From Alphaproteobacteria bacterium (GTDB lineage: Bacteria; Pseudomonadota; Alphaproteobacteria; G965222575), in contig OZ244958.1 in assembly GCA_965222575.1 (NCBI GenBank), forward strand, positions 736,001 through 800,000: 64,000 nucleotides of DNA, in the 5' to 3' direction. Shown here piece after piece: positions 56,001 through 62,000 of the stretch. Made by a program: the position numbers and the translations under genes. Each line of letters begins with the position of its first letter. Within the stretch, counting starts at the first letter, position 1. The notes under the pieces were generated by a model. That model was not told the origin of the DNA. It did not search any database and worked only from the letters and a program-made list of their open reading frames with translations.

Positions 56001-59000
56001 TACTGCAGTAATTAAGGCACAAGCCCGGCGATTGGAGAGTGTGACTTTTAGCATAGACTCTCCGGCAGAGCTTACACTCCCTCCAGTTGTTGCACTTGAT
56101 TTTACTGAGATTACAGCCATTGACGTCTTGAAGGTTGCTGATAAGTTTTACTTAGCAGTAGGAGAAGCTACTGTTAATAGTAATACAGGTAAGGTTACGG
56201 TGTTTGAGGGGCCGGATTCTACGTTTGCCGATATTGCGCAAACCTTTATGGTTGAAGGAGAGGCTGATGAGGAGAGGTTTGGCTGGTCTGTGAAATTACA
56301 TTTATTGGATAAGGCCGGAAATGGCACTCTTGTGCCAGTGCTCTTTGTAGGCGCACCGAAAGCCACCATTGGAAGCACCAGTGGAGCAGGATATGTGAAG
56401 GTCTTTGATGTTGTTGTTGGTGATGGGGTGGATAGGAATATTCAAACCATTACTTATGTTTCTGCCGATGCCACCACCCAAGTAAGTCTCTTTGGATATA
56501 GTATAGGGGCTAGGGATGAACACCTTATAATAGGGGCGCCTGGAACTACATACACTTCAACATCCTCAGTAACCACAACCATTGGATTGATTAGGTTCCT
56601 GCAATGGGACACTACGAATTCGGAGTATGGCGGCATACAAGAAACAGTAATCGAGGACGGCAGTCGATATTTATACTATGGCGCTTCAGTCGGGACTTTC
56701 CTGGACAATACAAAGCCCTATTTTTATGCTACGCAACGTTTTGGCACAAGCACCGTCATAAGACTTTATGAATACATAACGGTTGATGGGAGTTATGAGT
56801 CGGTGAAACAGACAATAGGGGGTGCTGACGCTAAGTTTGAAATCTCACTCGACGGAATCGAATACAGCTCCTTCTTTACCATACCGGTTGAGAAGAGTGA
56901 TGGTAGCTCTACAGAGCTGTTAGCCTTCCTGCACAAGGATGGAGGACAGTTAAAGATAAAATATGCGCTATTGGATGTCACGCTTACAAGCGGATTTCTT
57001 GATTATCGAGGCGATATAGACATTCCTGGGGATGTTGTGGCTGGGTTTGCGATTCCTGAAACCTATGATACTGACCCTATGCCTAGCAGGTGGTCTTTTG
57101 CGGCGCTTCCGGGTCGTCTGTTTATTGGATATGGAACAGAGTTGAGGAATACCTCTCTTACTGGGGTTGATGAACAGATACCACCACCACCACCAACAGC
57201 ACCAACAGCACCAACAGCACCAACAGCAATTACTTTCACTGGGATTACAGCCATTGACGTCTTGAAGGAATCTGCTAATAAGTTTTACTTAGCTCTTGGA
57301 GACTCTACTGATAATAGTAATACCGGTAAGGTTGTGGTGTTTGAGGGGACGGATTCTGAGTTTTCTACTCTCACGCAAACCTTTGAGGTACTAGGAGACA
57401 ATGCGGGGGATTGGTTTGGCTGGTCTGTGAAGTTGGCGCTACTAGATAGGGACGGTGATACTGCTACGCTTTCTCATGAGCCAGTGCTCTTTGTAGGCGC
57501 GCCGAAAGCCACCCTTGGAGGCACCAGTGGAGTAGGGTATGTGAAGGTCTTTGATATTAGTGGGTCGGCTATTAAAACCATTACGCCGCTTAATTCCAGA
57601 GCTTATAATTGGCCTAACGTTCTGACGGTTGCCGCGACCTCCCCCACCTCCTTAGCTAATGTGCGCGCCTTTGGGTATAGTGTGAGTGGCAGTATGCACA
57701 CAACACCTGCATTTGTAAGAAGTATACCTGGTGGTATGGCAGCCGCCGAAAGTTATCTGTTTGTGGGGGCGCCTGAGAGTTACAGTGGAGAAGGAGCGGT
57801 GTTTGTGTACCGATGGAGCGGTGGAGTGGGATTGCCATACGAAGCACCAGGCGGAGAATATGCACTGAAAGGTGTAGTAAGTCCGACGGTGATATCTGAT
57901 CTTAATGATAACGTGTATTCTTCGCTATCCAAGATTCCGGCTGGTGGGAGCGCGTGGTCTGCTGATTATAGCAACCACTTTGGGGCTTCTGTTGGGTATA
58001 ATGTTTATAGAGGTAAGCTTTCTCTTTATGTTGTGAGTTATAATAGTGGGCATACCGAGACAGCACTGTCCGCTTTTGATGTGTCCGGCAATGCTTATTT
58101 TCTCATCCCTGAGAGTACGAAGGTTGAAGTTGGGGAATACGGGGCTTTCTTTACTCTGCCGGTAGTAGAAAACACGGAATCTTATACAGTCTTGGGCTTT
58201 TTGGTTCGTGACAGTGGCTTAAAAATCAAATATGCCTTGCAGAGTGCAAGCGGGATTAGTTTTCAAAGTGCTGATATCACCATTCCTACGGGGACAGGTA
58301 TAACAGATGTAGGTGAGAAATTCACGAATTTGTATACGACCACCAATAAGCTTTCCTTTGCGGCGCTAACAGATAAGCTGTTTATTGCACAGGGAACAGG
58401 CGTGAAGCGCACCTCTCTTACGGCTTCTGGAATCACTATTGTTAGTGGTGGGGGTACTGTGTACATCAATGCTGTGTCGTTTAACATAGGGAATACTATG
58501 GAGACTTTGATAGGGCAGGCACCAACAGCACCAACAGAACCAACAGCAATTACTTTCACTGGGATTACAGCCATTGACGTCTTGAAGGAATCTGCTAATA
58601 AGTTTTACTTAGCTCTTGGAGACTCTACTGATAATAGTAATACCGGTAAGGTTGTGGTGTTTGAGGGGACGGATTCTGAGTTTTCTACTCTCACGCAAAC
58701 CTTTGAGGTACTAGGAGACAATGCGGGGGATTGGTTTGGCTGGTCTGTGAAGTTGGCGCTACTAGATAGGGACGGTGATACTGCTACGCTTTCTCATGAG
58801 CCAGTGCTCTTTGTAGGCGCGCCGAAAGCCACCCTTGGAGGCACCAGTGGAGTAGGGTATGTGAAGGTCTTTGATATTAGTGGGTCGGCTATTAAAACCA
58901 TTACGCCGCTTAATTCCAGAGCTTATAATTGGCCTAACGTTCTGACGGTTGCCGCGACCTCCCCCACCTCCTTAGCTAATGTGCGCGCCTTTGGGTATAG

Positions 59001-62000
59001 TGTGAGTGGCAGTATGCACACAACACCTGCATTTGTAAGAAGTATACCTGGTGGTATGGCAGCCGCCGAAAGTTATCTGTTTGTGGGGGCGCCTGAGAGT
59101 TACAGTGGAGAAGGAGCGGTGTTTGTGTACCGATGGAGCGGTGGAGTGGGATTGCCATACGAAGCACCAGGCGGAGAATATGCACTGAAAGGTGTAGTAA
59201 GTCCGACGGTGATATCTGATCTTAATGATAACGTGTATTCTTCGCTATCCAAGATTCCGGCTGGTGGGAGCGCGTGGTCTGCTGATTATAGCAACCACTT
59301 TGGGGCTTCTGTTGGGTATAATGTTTATAGAGGTAAGCTTTCTCTTTATGTTGTGAGTTATAATAGTGGGCATACCGAGACAGCACTGTCCGCTTTTGAT
59401 GTGTCCGGCAATGCTTATTTTCTCATCCCTGAGAGTACGAAGGTTGAAGTTGGGGAATACGGGGCTTTCTTTACTCTGCCGGTAGTAGAAAACACGGAAT
59501 CTTATACAGTCTTGGGCTTTTTGGTTCGTGACAGTGGCTTAAAAATCAAATATGCCTTGCAGAGTGCAAGCGGGATTAGTTTTCAAAGTGCTGATATCAC
59601 CATTCCTACGGGGACAGGTATAACAGATGTAGGTGAGAAATTCACGAATTTGTATACGACCACCAATAAGCTTTCCTTTGCGGCGCTTACGGATCAGCTG
59701 TTTATTGCACAGGGAACAGGCGTGAAGCGCACCTCTCTTACGGCTTCTGGAATCACCACTGGTGGTAGTAGTAGTAGTGGGTACTACATCACTGGGGTAG
59801 AGTTTACCATAGGGAGTACCATGGAGACTTTGATAGGGCAGGCACCAACAGCACCAGTAGCACCAGTAGCACTAGCACCACTAGCACTACCAGTTGCTTT
59901 CACTGGGATTACGGCGATTGATGTCTTGAAGGAATCTGCTAATAAGTTCTATTTAGCAGTAGGAGAAGCTGCTGATAATAGTAATACCGGTAAGGTTGTG
60001 GTGTTTGAGGGGACGGATTCTGCGTTTGCCGGTATCAAGCAAACCTTTGAGGTTAAAGGAGGTGCTCCAGAGGAGTGGTTTGGCTGGTCTGTGAAGTTGT
60101 TCCTACTAGATAGGGACGGTGATACTGTTACGCTTTCTCCTGAGCCAGTGCTCTTTGTAGGCGCGCCTAAAGCCAGCCCAACCATCAGAGGAACAGTCAC
60201 CAGTGGAGTAGGCTATGTGAAGGTCTTTGATATTAGTGGGGGGGATATTCAAACCATTACTCGTCCTTTTTACGATGCCGATTCCCAAGTACGTCTCTTT
60301 GGATATAGCATAGGGGCTAGGGGTGAACACCTTATAGTAGGCATGCCTGGACTAGAATACAGCGGTTCTGGGACCATTGGTCTGATTAGTTTCTGGAAAT
60401 GGAAGATTAGTAGTATTAATCCATCGCTGTCTCAATATGACATGTCACAAGAATTTTTAGCTGGCGGCATTACCTACCTTGGCGCGCAAGTCGGGGCTTT
60501 CATGCATACTACAACGCCCTATTTTTATGCTACCAATGCTACTTCTTCTGGCGGCACCACCATTAAACTTTATCAACCTGCAGGCAACGGTTATGCACAA
60601 ATTGTCCTTCAGGAAACCGGAGTCGAATACGGCTCCTTCTTTACCATACCGGTTGAGAAGCAAGATGGTAGCTCTACAGAGCTATTAGCCTTCCTGCACA
60701 AGGATGGAGGACAGTTAAAGATTAAATATGCGACATTGGATGTCACACTTGCAAGCGGATTTCTTGAGTATCGAGGCGATATAGAAATTCCTGGGGATGT
60801 TGTGGATGATTTTTCGCTTCCTCCAACCTATGATACTGACCCTATGCCTAGAAGGTGGTCTTTTGCGGCACTTCCGGGTCGTCTGTTTATGGGACATGGA
60901 GCAGAGTTGAAGAGTACCCTTCTTACTGTGGATGATACTTCTTGGAGTATTACCCTAGGTACAGAGACAGAACCAACAGCAGTTACTTTCACTGGGATTA
61001 CAGCCATTGATGTCTTGAAGGTTGCTGATGCTACTGCTGGTGATAAGTTTTACTTAGCCGTGGGATACCCTACTGATACTAATGATAAAGGTAAGGTTAC
61101 AGTGTTTGAGGGGACGGATGCTGAGTTTGCTACTCTCACGCAAACCTTTGAGGTATTAGGAGACAATGCGGGGGAGTGGTTTGGCTGGTCTGTGAAGTTG
61201 TCCCTACTAGATAGGGACGGTGATACTGTTACGCTTTCTCCTGAGCCAGTGCTCTTTGTAGGCGCACCGAAAGCCACCATTGGAAGCACCAGTGGAGTAG
61301 GGTATGTGAAGGTCTTTGATATTAGTGGGGGGGATATTCAAACCATTACGCCGCTTAATTTCAAAGATTATGTAACCCTTACTCTGATTACTGACTTAAC
61401 TTATGTGCGTTCCTTTGGGTATAGTGTGAGTGGCAGTGTGATAGAAAGCGCCAGCCACTCCCGCTACAGAAAAGAAAGTTATCTGTTTGTGGGGGCGCCT
61501 GCGAGTACACATAACAATGTTGAAGAAGGAGCGGCGTTTGTGTACCGGTGGAACAATGCGGCAAACGGAGAATATCAAGTGAAAAGTTTAATAAGGCCGA
61601 CGGCGAATAGTCATGGTGCCGGTATCACTACAGCATATAATATGGTACCCCAGGTTCCGAGTGTGTCTCCGTGGAGTCCTGATTATAGCAACCACTTTGG
61701 GGCTTCTGTTGGGTATAATGTTTATAGAAGTGAGCTTTACCTTTATGTTGTGAGTTATAATAGTAATAGGACAGAGACAGCACTGTCCGCTTTTGTTGTG
61801 TCCAGTCATTGGTGGGCTTTCCATCAAGGTAGTTATTCGAAGGTTGAAGCTGGGGAATACGGGGCTTTCTTTACTCTGCCGGTAGTAGAAAACACGGAAT
61901 CTTATACAGTCTTGGGCTTTTTGGTTCGTGACAGTGGCTTAAAAATCAAATATGGGGTTATAGACCCTAGCCGTCGCTCTCCCAACAAATGGCTTGTTTT